DNA of 64,000 nucleotides from Octopus vulgaris (Eukaryota). How positions within the stretch are numbered: position 1 is the first letter of the stretch; each line of letters starts with the position of its first letter. Below are positions 12,021-25,691 of the stretch, one piece after another. The translations under genes were made by a program, and so were the position numbers. The stretch is taken from positions 57,474,001 to 57,538,000 of the forward strand of contig OX597820.1 of NCBI GenBank assembly GCA_951406725.2, in the 5' to 3' direction. Below the pieces are notes generated by a model that saw only the letters and a list, made by a program, of their open reading frames with translations, had not been told where the DNA came from and ran no database searches.

Positions 12021-13648
12021 TCGATTTTCGTAGTGTGAAGATGTTCTGCTTCTTCGAGGCAACTTTTATTCAAGCATCATCAAATGAAAATTTCTTTGAC
12101 GTATTTGAAAAAATAACTGCAACTATCTGAGGGCGACCTGCCTACGATACCCAGAGATATACATCAAAATAATGGTTTGTTTTACAAACTTTAAAACTTT
12201 TATTTGCACTCGTAAAATTTTCTCATCCAAAATGGCTACCACACATCATTATGTAATATGAATAAGTACTACAATGGCTCTAAACAATAACACAACATTT
12301 TAACAACTAACTAAATGCACAAAAGGAAGAAGGAAACGAACAGTATAGAGAACAATTAATAGGTAGAAGTTTACCAAATATTCGAATAATTAATTTGAAA
12401 TACAATAAGAGTAATGAAAAGTGCAATATCGACTCTTTCACGATTTCGAATACTGAGGTCCTGTCATACAGCAGCAAAATGAAGACAAACCTTATTTCAA
12501 GATAAAATGAACATATAGAATTCTCAGATCTATTACCTTTACAATAATAAACCTGTTCAGAGGAGAATTTTATGAAACCTAAAGGCATTTCTTTGCCACA
12601 AGAGCTAATGCAGGGGAGAACAAAGAGAAAAATTGTATGTGTTTGCTTGCGAAAAGACGGAACTGAATTAAATTTTCACTCACACCAAGTACTAAAACAA
12701 GCTCCTTGACATATCGTTAGAAATACCCAACTGAAAAAGGGAAAAGCTATGGTGCCATTTTTGTATCTTTAGAACTGAAGATTCAAGTCAAAAACAGGCT
12801 GAAATTATCAGACATACCTTCTAATATGCATTTGTGCCCCAGTACATGGATCAAAGGAATACAAATGTCACAATAAGAGACTTTCGAACACGACAGGAAT
12901 ACATAGCCAGCTGTGCTTTTATCTCGCAATATGGAGTGGGCGGCGGAAGTTAGTCAAAGCAGACTTAACAAAAAGTAACATGTGGTTAATGAGCGTAGGA
13001 TTCCCTTGCAAGTCCTAATATAACTCAAAAGCCACGGAACCATACCCGACTTGTGTCGACTAGAAGGAATCGTGACAAAGGGTATGCGATTAATGATACA
13101 GGGTAGAAGGTCTAAGTGTTACCTTTGTCGAAGCTGATGGTCTGGAAAAAACCTGGAAAGATTGAAGAAAAAGAAAACACAAGGAAAGCGAAAATAATTA
13201 AAATCAGCCGCAACAATTTCCAGAGTACCAGCAGCCAGAACGCTTGGAATTGCAAAGGAAATATGTTTAGACCCGGTATCACAGACAGATAAGCAAACAC
13301 CGCGTCCCCTAACAGTAGCAACCTATAGTACCACGCCATCGTGCAATAAGGAAGACATATTTACAGATGAAAATTCCCAATGAAAATAGAGATAAAAGAA
13401 TAAAAAACAAAGAGTCGCAGAAAAGGAAGACTCAACAAAAGAAAGAGAACAAAAAGGGAATGATTTTTTTTTTCTCAACGACAACGAAATTTTCATACAT
13501 CCATTCATATTTATATAACGCCTCTCACTCCTCCATTCGTTTATCTAAACGCATTTCTCTTCATTGTACGTAATGCTTTCCTTTCTTTGTAACTCCAAGT
13601 TTTCACTTTGCATCTCTTCGAAATTTTGCGCTTTATAAACCACAAAGT

Positions 13649-13649
13649 A

Positions 13650-13696
<47 letters not shown>

Positions 13697-13760
13697 ATTA
13701 TTATTATTGTTATTATTATCATCATCATCATTATTATCATCATCATTATTATTATTGTTA

Positions 13761-13800
<40 letters not shown>

Positions 13801-13874
13801 CATTGTTATTATTATCATCATCATCATTATTATCATCATCATTATTATCATCATCATTATTATTATCATTATCA

Positions 13875-13926
<52 letters not shown>

Positions 13927-13934
13927 CATCATCT

Positions 13935-13983
<49 letters not shown>

Positions 13984-13991
13984 CATCATCT

Positions 13992-14062
<71 letters not shown>
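13649..14062. repeat. Long compound (TAT/CAT)n microsatellite
   Basis: Directly visible; source of the poly-N/poly-L/poly-I ORFs. Confidence 0.95.
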
Positions 14063-14618
14063 GAGTGAGCGAGCAGAGCATGCCATCGAAGTGACACTGG
14101 GGTAAAATATACGAAGCCCAGTATACCCATCATGACTACCCGTCTGATAAGGGTACACCAGGCACATGCATCACAACCATATGTGCGCGACATGGTGATC
14201 TCATATCAAGATAAACAGCACATGACCTTGCAGGTGGAGCCCAGTTAGAATTTTCTTCAGATCGAGTAACCCATCCCGCTCAAAAGGTCCCTGAATAAGG
14301 CTTGTTTAAGGATGTTGAACGAAACACCCATGTTTCCAGAGGTGAATTATTCAAACCCCAAAGAATCCTTCTCAACACATGGCTATGATGCTCCCCCACT
14401 ACTTCTGCTCGTGATCAGAGATGCACATATCGCCAGCCACTAAGGGACATGCTCAACTGGTTAAGGTCAAACAACTGACAAGCAAATCTGTGGTATTGAG
14501 CAGAATATTTGCTGTAGCCCATCTTTTATACCAAGACAAAACAATGTACATGATAACACTTCCAATCAGTTAAGATCAGAAGCCATGAGAGCCACTGCCT
14601 GGTACTGCATCAGGGCAT
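14063..14618. mobile_element. ~555-bp interspersed element embedded in (TAT)n
   Basis: Complex, GC-richer block with sharp edges and (TAT)n on both sides; no ORF. Confidence 0.5.
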
Positions 14619-16279
14619 TATTATTATTATTATTATTATTATCATTATTATCGTTATTGGTATGGCTCAGGTTCGGTCTTATTCTTGGTAGGACTTATGG
14701 GGGTAGCGGATTACTACCTGTAACCTTACGTGTTCACAAGTTTTCAGAAGTCTTTCTTTCTGGTGCTTACAACCCTCCTGATAAACCTTGCTGACCCTCA
14801 TTGACTTACTTTTTGTTGGGGCTCTACCGGGAATTCTATTCCAATCTCCTTCAGACATTTGTCTATATTTTTGCTTTCTGTTCCCAACACACCAATTATT
14901 ATAGGCACGACCATGACAGTTATGTCGCAAATTAGGATCGAAACAGAGAATCAGGTGGTTGTTAAGCGAACTTCTTAAGTACGTGGCTATCGCTAAACAC
15001 ATACACACGCGTAGATACACATGTATTTATGCGTGCGCACGTGTGTGCGTGCGTGTCCGTGTGTGTGTGTGTATGCGTGTGTGTGTGTGTGTGTGTGTGT
15101 GCGTGTGTGTGTGCGTGTGTGTGTGTGTGTGTTTGCACGCGTGCGAGAGATAATTTGGCTTCTTATTTCGTTATGGAAGCATTATTTGTTCTGAACATTG
15201 AGAAAATAAACAGATCCGAAATAACAAGTTGTCAGAACGCCACAGACGCACGCATACGCACTCATTTAGACACGTATACATTTGCACGCATTGAAATTCA
15301 ACAGATTCTGGAAGAAGTCACTCCGAGCGTACATTGATTATCTCCCTTAATAGAAATAAGAAAACTATTCAAGAAGTAAAAGAGAAACGCACACTCGCCA
15401 AAACAAGCTCCAAATCAACAAATTTCATATTTATTTCTACAATTTCTGTTATATTCTTTCGTTTATTCCATTCCGTTATGCAGTTGTTGGAGTAAATATT
15501 CTGGCTTCCTTTTTTCCTACGGTTTTACTATTTTTAATTCTTTTCTCTCTTATTGGTTAACTATTCTCTTTTCTTTTTTTTTTGTCTTGTTCCAAAGAAT
15601 TTCTTGGAGATGGAAATAGTTGGATGAGAGACAGAGAAAGAAAAATAGAAGGAAGCAATAAAGTAAAGAAGATGGACATGAGAGAGAAGAACAGAGGAAA
15701 CAGAGAGAAAGAGATTTATATTGAACAATAAAAGAGAATTGTGTTGTGGAAGAGAGAAAGAGAAAAGAGAGAAGAGAAAACGGATAGAACTTTCTACGTA
15801 AAGCACAAATTTATGGGTGTATATCTCGACATATATCTATGTGTGTATAATATGTACTAACTATATATGACAACTATAAATGTATAACTACACTATATAT
15901 ATACGTATGTATGTATGTATGTATGTATGTATGTATGTATGTATGTATGTATTTATGTATATATATATATATAGAGAGAAAGAGCCACAGACATATATAT
16001 ATATATATACATATATCTATGTTTGTATATATATGTGTGTGTGTATATATATATATATTTACACACATACACATTCATGCATACACACACATACGTATAT
16101 ATATGTATATATATGTATATATACATACATATATGTAAACATATTTATATATATATATACATAAACACACATACATATATACATATATTTATATATATAT
16201 ATACATATATATACATGCATACATATATACATGCATACATACATACATACATACATACATACATACATACATACATACA

Positions 16280-16313
<34 letters not shown>

Positions 16314-16747
16314 CATACATATATGAATAATCAGAAATATATCTTAAAGCCAGAATCCACTGGAGTGCTTCATTAACTAGATTTAGGGTGATATAATGTA
16401 GCACAATAATATAACATAAAGAATAGCTGAATAACAAAACGATGCAATGCGTCTAACAGAATCAAATATTTATTTTACCGGGACACAATTGTCTTTCTTC
16501 AAATTGATTGCATTCCTAGGGACATAACCAGAACTCTTGTCAGCCGGAAATTAACATGAGAAATTCGAATTTTCCTTGAAATTATGTACACACTCAACAA
16601 GAAATACCTTACGCATGAAATGTGGATCTTCGGTTGAAATTTCAAAGAATTCAAATCTCATATTTTTAGTCTGAGAATTTCTGCCATCAGGTGTCTCAGC
16701 TGTGTAGTTTTACATATATTCAGAGTAATTAATATAAAATTAAGTTT

Positions 16748-16985
16748 AAGGCGGCGAGCTGGCCGAAACGTTAGTCCTCTCTGTGTTTAGCCCCTTGTAG
16801 GTAGTATAAAGAAATAGGTATTTCGTCTGCCGCTACGTTCTGAGTTCAAATTCCGCCGAGTTCGACTTTGCTTTTCATCCCTTCAGCGCCGATAAATTAA
16901 GTACCAGTTGCGTACTGGAGTCGATCTAATCGACTGGTACCCTCACCCAGAATTTCCGGCCTTGTGCCTAGAGCAGAAAAGAATA
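16748..16985 (+). mobile_element. SINE family C
   Basis: aaggcggcgagctggccgaaacgttag...ttctgagttcaaattccgccgag. Confidence 0.8.
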
Positions 16986-17051
16986 TAAATTAAAATTTAA
17001 AGAATCATCTGGAATGCATTTAAAACACTAACCCATGGCAACAGTCCTTCG

Positions 17052-17948
17052 GTGGAGGCGCATGTTATTGTGGTTAGGGTGTTGGACTCATGATCGTAAG
17101 ATGTTATTTCGATTCCTGGACTGGGCAGTGCATTGTGTTTTTGAGCAAAACATTTCATTTCCTGTTGCCTCAGTCCACTCAGCTGGCAAAAATGAGTAAT
17201 CCTGTGACAAACCGATGTCTTGTCTAGGTGGGAAATCTATATGCCATGGAAACCAGGAAACTGACCTTCATGATCCTGGCATGACTCGAGCAGGTAGAAG
17301 GAAGGTAATAAATCCATAAACCAGTATTTTCTAACATGCAGAAGTCACTTCACAACCGTCACAATTTTTAGTTCGATTCCACGAAATGCAATCTTGTGTG
17401 GGAGGCGCGTGGCTTAGTGGTTAGGGTGTCAGCCCCATGATCGTAAGATTGTGGTTTCGATACATGGACCGGGCAACGCGCTGTTCTTGAGCAAAACACT
17501 TCATTTCACGTTGCTTCAGTCGGCTCAGCTGTCAAAAATGAGCAACGCTGCGATGGACTGGCGTCCTGTCCAGTTGGGGAACACATACGCCATAGAAACC
17601 GGGAAACCGGTCCCATGAACCTGGCTACGCTTTACAAGGGCGCATTTATTTTGTGGAGGTACATAGCCTAGTGGTTAGAGCAGCGGACTCGCGGTCGATG
17701 GATCGCGAGTTTGAATCTCAGACCGGGCGATGTGTGTATTTATGAGCGAAGCACCTAAACCCCACGCGGCTCCGGCAGAAGGTAATGGCAAAACGTCTGC
17801 TGACTCTTTCGCCACAACTTTCTCTCACTCTTTCCTCCTGCATCTTGCAGCTCACCTGCGATGGACCGGCGTCCCGTTCAGGTGGGGAACCTATACGCCA
17901 ATGAAACCGGCCCTTATGAGCCAGGCATGGCTCGAGAAGGAACAAATC
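17052..17948 (+). mobile_element. Cluster of three head-to-tail tRNA-derived SINEs (about 17052-17300, 17399-17650, 17652-17948)
   Basis: Three ggaggc/ggaggt...gtggttag heads in the same orientation, each with a family A body. Confidence 0.85.
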
Positions 17949-18043
17949 TTGTGTGCGCGCACATACATACACGCACACTTAGTATCTATACATATATGAG
18001 TGAACATACTTGCGTCTGTGAGTGCATGTATATATACATATAG

Positions 18044-18123
<80 letters not shown>

Positions 18124-18229
18124 TCCTACGTATATTTGCACATACGTGTGTATTCTCTCTCTCCTTATATATATATTATATATATACATACATACAAATA
18201 TATATATATATCTATATCTATATATATAT

Positions 18230-18273
<44 letters not shown>

Positions 18274-18428
18274 TAATTTATATAAATAAGGATTAGGTCG
18301 TTAATTTAAATATTGATCAAATGGCCAACATGGGAATAAAAACCTTCAAAGGTAATAATAATTATTATTGTTATATTAATAATAATATATATAAATTATA
18401 ATGATGATGATGATGATGATGGTGATGG

Positions 18429-18461
<33 letters not shown>

Positions 18462-18789
18462 GAAGAAGGAGGGGGGAGGAAGAGGAGGGGAATACAAATT
18501 TATAAATATTCAAACCTGAAATTAGGTGGATGGCTGCAAGAAATTTTGTGCTTTAATAGAGATACTTAAGTTAATTAGAATTTATTATTCCTTCATTCAT
18601 TCATGTATGCATGCATGCATGCGTGTATGTTTATATGCATGCATGCATGTGTGCGTGCATGCATGTATGTCATTATTCAGTTTTATTTCAAGATTTCTTG
18701 CCAGCAGAGAAAGAGCCGGTTTCTATCCTAGATCCAAGGTTCCTTCATAGGAATTTCAACATCAGTAACAGGGTATTTTTGTATGTTTG

Positions 18790-18823
<34 letters not shown>

Positions 18824-19155
18824 TGTATTATGTATGTATGTATGTATGTATGTATGTATGTATGTATGTATGCATGCGCAGATTTGTATGCTTTATGTAT
18901 GTATTCTCATGCATAGTTACATATCTAGACATGCTCATATATATTCAAATGATAAAACTCTGCAAAGTTTTGCAACTTTTTACAGTTCCAGTGATGGATT
19001 GGATCTTTAGTCTTCGAATTAGCCTTCTCCTTTCTGGTTTTGAGAAGCCTAATTTCTCAAGATTGGTATTTAGGCAGCGTGTTACATATCCCTATGTATG
19101 TATGTATGTATGTATGTATGTATGTATGTATGTATGTATGTATGTATGTATGTAT

Positions 19156-19523
19156 CATAGGCGTGCGATCCATGGAAGCAAAGGAAGCAATGCTTCCCTT
19201 AAAAATTATGGAACCGAAATTGAAAGTATATTACGTATTTTTCATAAGATCTGTAAAACTAATTTTAAATACATGACATCATAAGGTTTCAGCATTTATT
19301 GTCGTAATTAGCATGAGACGACAAGCAGACAACGCAAAAAAAAATCTGTGGAAGGGAAGCAACACAAGTTGTTCCATCCTTTTTGGTGTATTATTTTAAC
19401 ATTTTTTTCTGATAAAAATGCCACAAAGACAATTTTTTTCTAAGAGCTGATGACGAATAGTCTTAGATGCTAATAAATACTTATACGTTTAGATTAAGTT
19501 TCTGTCCGTTCGCAATACCTATG
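19156..19523. mobile_element. Probable hAT-like MITE
   Basis: Imperfect TIRs cataggcgtgcg / cgcaatacctatg. Confidence 0.4.
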
Positions 19524-20539
19524 ATCTATATAATCTTAAATTGTTATGTAACACTTACATAGGAAAGGGGAAGCAAGTAGACAATCTGCTTCCATCAGAA
19601 AAAAGTGAAAAGATAACGCCCGTAGTTTTCTGCTTTTATTCAACTAATATTGTATACTTCTTCAAATTACAGAACATCCTTAATATAAAATGTAATTTTT
19701 TTATTTATTTTAAAAATAGCTATATAATATATGAAAATGTCATTTTATTTCGTTTTTGGATTTGGTTTGCAAGATTCTTTATATGAGTTCGTGTGTTGAA
19801 GCATATTCTGTTGTGTCTGGGAAGAGTCATTTTCTTTTTGTGCCATATAATTTAACAAACTCACCGGTAAATTTTCCACTTATTTCTTATTTTTATTTTC
19901 CTAACATTTTTGTTGCGTCTTGCAATATTTTCGATTTCTTGACTCTGTCCGTTATTTACACTGCGTTCCTTTTTGTTTGTGCGCATGTGTGTGGGTCAGT
20001 GTGTGTGTGTACCTATGCATGCATGTGCATATGTATGTGTATGCATGTATGCATGTGCTTGTATGTATATATGTGTGTGTATGCATATGTATATATGTAT
20101 GTGTGTGCATCTGTATATATGTATCCTGCATATTCATGTGTTTGCATGTCCATGTTTGTGTATTTTCTATGTATGTGTGTGTGAGTATGTCTCCTTGTGT
20201 GTGCATGTCTGTGTGTGTGTGTGTGTGTGTGTGTTTTGCAACTATGTACCATGTTTGTATGTATGGATGTGTATCTCTATAGGTGTGGGTCCGTGTTCCC
20301 ATATGATTTCAGTTAACCTTCTACGTTTGGTTATATACAACCAAAGGTGAAAGCATGTATATAAAGCGAGAGAGGGGAAGAGGGAGAAAGAGGAAGATAG
20401 AAGGAGAGGGAGAGAGAGAGAGCGAGAGGAAGCAAATGCTTAAAGTAATGGAAGAAATAATTGTTCAAAGAAAATATTTTATAAAGCTAGTCAACTTTGG
20501 AATTCAGAAAGCGAAACAAATTAACTAAAAATAGAAAAA

Positions 20540-21120
20540 CGTGGTTCCTTATATCTCATTCCCAAAAGTGTTGAAATCTTCAACATCAGCTATATAAAGG
20601 AACCAATATTATTACAGGAACAAAGAAAAGAAAACTGTCTTTAAAAAACATCCAATCATAAGTAAGAGACAAGCAAAATCTCTAAAAAAGATATTAACCA
20701 CTGCAAATCCGCACACAATAATTACAGATTTTACAGAAAATGCAACCGAGCAAACTGTGGATGAAGTATGAACCTTAAATATCTCTTCAGAGAGGGTCCT
20801 ACAATCAAAAACAACTTTTCTTGCAATTCAGGCAACTTATAACATTTAAAGACCGCGATGGACTATATTGGACAAACGGATTGAACCTCATGAAAAGAAT
20901 GACAGTATATCGCCAACAGATCAGGGGATCATATACATGGTCAACATATAGGAAATTGTCGGTGACGGGTTTTACAATTCCGTCTTCCCAGTCTACCAGT
21001 GTGGTGACTCTGAGCCGAAACTGCAACGAAACAATAAATATATTTTATTAACAAATACCAGCCAAAACTTAATGCATAATGCTATAATTATCATACATCA
21101 CGCAATATTTTCAAAAGACA
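20540..21120 (+). pseudogene. Degenerate Penelope GIY-YIG endonuclease remnant
   Basis: Across frameshifts: SKRQAKSLKKILT...KCNRANCG...NNFSCNSGNL...DYIGQT...KRMTVYRQQIR. Confidence 0.7.
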
Positions 21121-21653
21121 AAAAGAATTCTAACCTCTATGAACATAATTTGTGGATAAGGTAAACTTTTCGTGAAAACAGAAAACTTACTTTATATTTT
21201 TATCTGATATTTAATGACCGCAGCCTCACTCACGCAGTACAAAAAAAACCACTTTAAATGAAAATAATAACCAATATTTATATACTTACAAAAATAACAT
21301 ACGTGACATGAAACACAAAGAGTTTTTCTTCGTGTTCAGATTGTGTGTGTATATAAGTACGCGATGTATATATTTTGGCTATTTATATACAAGCAGTATT
21401 AGTATAAAATAGCAATACGTGTCTCATCATAAATTCAGATACACCATGAAAGACTAAATTTATTGCGGTATTAGTGTTGAGATAATGTCTCTTATGGAGA
21501 CATTTACATTTTTACATTCATACGTAAGTATATGCATCAGTGTATGTATGTATGTATGTATGTATGTATGTATGTATGTATGTATGTATGTATGTATGTA
21601 TGTATGTATGCATTATGTAAGTATGCATGCATGTATGTGTGTTTGAACGTACG

Positions 21654-21684
<31 letters not shown>

Positions 21685-21972
21685 ATACAATATGTTACAT
21701 TACTCGGTAGTCAAGATAAAACTCTGAGTTTCAGATGCCGAAGTGGAAATCCACAACACCATCTCATCGGTTATCTGGCTATTTGAAAACGTTATGAAAA
21801 AATATACCGTTAAAAATGAAGGGAAATTACTCTGTTATAACTCTGCTTTGCCTGCGTACTTATACATCGCTCGCATTTTTCGTCATAAAAATTATATAAA
21901 AATACATAAAAATATATAAAAATATATAAAAATATATAAAATCTTCTTGGGACATAACACAGAAAGCATGTT

Positions 21973-22605
21973 CTATCCGTTTTCTTTAGGGGACCAAAAA
22001 CGTAACAGAAATTTAGTCACATGTGGGCATGATCCGAAAAGTTCTGTCCTTGTATTTAGACATGTGGTAGGGTCTAAGCTGCTTTTCCAGATAAGCCATC
22101 TCTCCATGTCGCATAAACCGCACCTTCCGCTGCCGTTAGTATAGGGCTTACATCTGGCCAAAATCTTCCATTGTATGTTATAATCGACACCTTTATCTCT
22201 TAAAGACCAAATATGATTGGATAATTGTGTCGCTTTTCTTTTGTTCCAGTGCCTAAAGCTCAAAGTGTGGTTATTGAACCTGGCCTTGAAATTACCCTCT
22301 GTCAGGCCCACGTATTTCTTCGTCGAAACGGTGTCTTTAGTGGTTATAGAGTTTACGGTAGCTTCATATATGATGGTCTTGGACATGCAAGCTCCATTTA
22401 GCGGGCACAATTCTTTATTCCTGCATGAACAGCTGTTTTCTTCTTGTGTTTTTTGTATGTTATGATTGATTATGTTTTTAAAATTGGTAGTTGAACTAAA
22501 ACTAATTTTTAAATTGTGTCTATTGAAGAGTTTCCTATAAGCATGGTTAACTGGAAAATGTCTATCTATCAGTGCTAGGAAATATTTACCTATATTGAAG
22601 GCCAC
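21973..22605 (-). pseudogene. Penelope GIY-YIG endonuclease domain (frameshifted from RT)
   Basis: CSCRNKELCPLNGAC Cys linker, IIYEATV...YVGLTEGNFKARFNNH, CGLCDMER, LNTRTELFGSCPH. Confidence 0.9.
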
Positions 22606-22693
22606 CTCGGGTGAGTAAGGGGCGTAAACCAGATGACCTTCCTATTTCTATTATTCCTTTTCCTTATTGTTGGGCTGGTGATAGGTGTATATT

Positions 22694-23159
22694 TTATTTT
22701 TCGCTAAAACCACTATCTTTTAAAGCTTTATTATAAACTGGGGCAACGCTATTGAAGATGTCCTCATTAGATGAGAGGCTAGAAATCCTCTTACTAATAT
22801 TTTTAACTAAATTTTTGAATACTATAGGGGGATGGCATGAACCTACATTAATATAACTTAGTCTATCATTGGGCTTCCTATAAGGCTTATAAATATTATT
22901 ATTAAGATCTAAGGAAACGTCTAAGAAATTGACAACCGTCAGGTTAGTGTCTATAGTTATACTAAGTCCGAAGTGTTTCATTAACTGGATAATATCCTTC
23001 CTAAAACGATCTTGTGCTGGTCCATTTGTATTAGCTGTTAAGGCGAGGGCATCATCTTTGTAGATGGCGAAATGTACGTTAGGGAATGTCTTACCGAAGG
23101 TATCTAGGAGAAGGAGTCCAATTAGATCACAGATGCCTGCCCCATCATATGAACCCATG
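22694..23159 (-). pseudogene. Penelope reverse transcriptase, C-terminal part (truncated)
   Basis: MGSYDGAGICDLIG...YKDDALA...VNFLDVSLDL...YKPYRKPN...YINVGSCHPP. The first ~32 aa of the tracked ORF come from the inverted pLTR. Confidence 0.9.
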
Positions 23160-23424
23160 CTTTTCGGATCATGCCCACATGTGACTAAATTTCTGTTACC
23201 TTTTTGGTCCCCTAAAGAAAACGGATAGAACATGCTTTCTGTGTTATGTCCCAAGAAGATTTTATATATTTTTATATATTTTTATATATTTTTATGTATT
23301 TTTATATAATTTTTATGACGAAAAATGCGAGCGATGTATAAGTACGCAGGCAAAGCAGAGTTATAACAGAGTAATTTCCCTTCATTTTTAACGGTATATT
23401 TTTTCATAACGTTTTCAAATAGCC

Positions 23425-23487
23425 AGATAACCGATGAGATGGTGTTGTGGATTTCCACTTCGGCATCTGAAACTCAGAGTTTTATCT
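23425..23487 (+). ncRNA. Minimal hammerhead ribozyme-like motif in pLTR (mirror copy 21714-21776, minus)
   Basis: AGATAA-CCGATGA-GATG...CATC-T-GAAA-CTCAGAG-TT-TTATCT. Stem I AGATAA/TTATCT; core has U4C and one extra nucleotide. Confidence 0.6.
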
Positions 23488-23792
23488 TGACTACCGAGTA
23501 ATGTAACATATTGTATAGATAAATTTCCTCTATTTACATAATATTGAGGTCTCTTTCTTTCTTTTGTTATCTTACCGTTTTATCAATATATATATATATA
23601 TATATGTAATGCTCCAGCATTGCCGCAGTCAAATGACTGAAACAAAACAATAAAGGAATACGCGTGTGCCTTAATGCCTGTGTTTGTGCCAGCACCACCG
23701 CTTGATAGCCGGTGTTGGTATGGTTATGTCCCTGTAACGTAGCGGTTCGGCAAAGATAAAAGATACATATACATACATACATATATATATAT

Positions 23793-23839
<47 letters not shown>

Positions 23840-23881
23840 ATAAATATATATATGATATATATATATAATATAATATATATA

Positions 23882-23947
<66 letters not shown>

Positions 23948-24398
23948 TATGTATATATATATAATATATAATATATATGATATAAATATATATACAATAC
24001 CTATGTTTGTATCTATATGTATGTATCACTCTCTCCCTCTTCCTGTATGTATGAGTAAATATATAAATATATACATATATATTGATTAGGCGTGTCAAAA
24101 AAGTTCGATACAAATTACTGAGTTGAATATACGTTTATAACGCAACACGAATCATCAATAATGCATAGGTTACTCATAATTCTCTGATTAAGATAATCAC
24201 CAGTTCTTGTCAAAAGTTTCAATAAGTCATTTGCAATCAGTAGTTTGTCCGCGCGCATGTATGTCTGTGTGTATAAACGTATGTAAATATGTATGAGTGT
24301 GGATATATATGTTACATATGCCTGTCTGTATATATGTGTCTATGTAAGCAAATATACATGTACGTAAGTGATGTGTCTGAGAATGATTGTAAATACAT

Positions 24399-24461
<63 letters not shown>

Positions 24462-24676
24462 TTACATGTATATATGTATTTATGCCTATAATATGTAAAC
24501 GAGTTTGCGTGCTTGAGTGTTATATATATATATAGTGACCACTCTCTTATATTTATTTTGTAAAAATATTATAATATGTTATAAAATATTATAATAATCC
24601 AGGTTTCTCGTAGCACTAGGCCACTTGGTGTGGAATAAATATACTATTAAATTAGTATCTAATTCTCTCACCCTTA

Positions 24677-24785
<109 letters not shown>

Positions 24786-24866
24786 TGTGTGCTTAACATA
24801 TGGTATAATTATAAACAGAGCAAAGTTTAGTCACTTCACCGCAGACTGAAACAAAAACGATGAATA

Positions 24867-24909
24867 GCTTTAATCGATTTTCGGACCCTATTGGGTTTTC
24901 GTCAGAGGC
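24867..24909 (-). ncRNA. Minimal hammerhead-like motif
   Basis: GCCT-CTGACGA-AAACCCAATAGGGTCC-GAAA-ATCGAT-TA-AAGC; palindromic stem III AATCGATT. Confidence 0.55.
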
Positions 24910-25008
24910 GTCCACATCACTCTATCAGTCTCCAGAGAAACAAGCAGTCAAACTGTTTATATACTCAATAAGCGCTGTGGTTACTCTGTGAAGGAGTCCC
25001 TACTTTGC

Positions 25009-25046
<38 letters not shown>

Positions 25047-25050
25047 TTAC

Positions 25051-25104
<54 letters not shown>

Positions 25105-25636
25105 GGGGAGAGAGAGAGAGGGAGAGAGAGAGAGGGGAGAGAGGGAGAGAAAGATAGAGAAATACTAAAATATGCACATACAGTTGCATACACTTAAGTT
25201 GTTATTTGTTTCTATGTTGACCTGGCAAGTGGCTTATGGTTAATATTATTGCGTTTTCTGTTTCATCAGTTCCTTAGTACCTTTTCTACAATAGATACAA
25301 GGCCTGAAAGTTGTGGGTAGGGAGTTTGACATTTACATCCCCCCACCCCAAGGGCTCAACTGGTATTTATTTTATTGACCTCCGAAAGGATGAAAAGCAA
25401 AGTCAACTTTGGCGAAATTTGAACCCCGAACGTAAAGATAAATGAAATGTCCTGAATTATTCATCAGTTCATTAATATCGCAAATCTGATTACATCTAAA
25501 TTTATACACACATCAACATCCCATACATATATCTTCATAATTATGTATATACATATTCATGTGTATATATATATGTATGAATGTATGTATGGATGCATAT
25601 ATGGCTATTGTACTCACATATATCACAATATACATT

Positions 25637-25691
<55 letters not shown>

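Larger units (their letters stand above)
21681..23586 (-). mobile_element. 5'-truncated Penelope-like retroelement with inverted pLTR
   Basis: RT C-terminal half plus GIY-YIG on minus; 361-bp inverted repeat 21681-22041 / 23160-23520 with a ~65-bp extension; (TA)n on both sides. Confidence 0.93.

Noticed and set aside
12250-13350. Complex A-rich block as a possible gene or retroelement ORF
   Set aside because: Multiple stops and no motif I could recognise.
13541-14193. 208-aa poly-Asn/Asp, poly-Leu and poly-Ile ORFs
   Set aside because: They are translations of a (TAT/CAT)n microsatellite.
21885-21945. Short tandem (aaaatatata) repeats, considered as CRISPR-like
   Set aside because: No spacers and a eukaryotic context; it is a minisatellite inside the pLTR.
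21947-22144. Plus-strand ORF sharing its N-terminus with the RT ORF
   Set aside because: A by-product of the inverted pLTR, not a separate gene.
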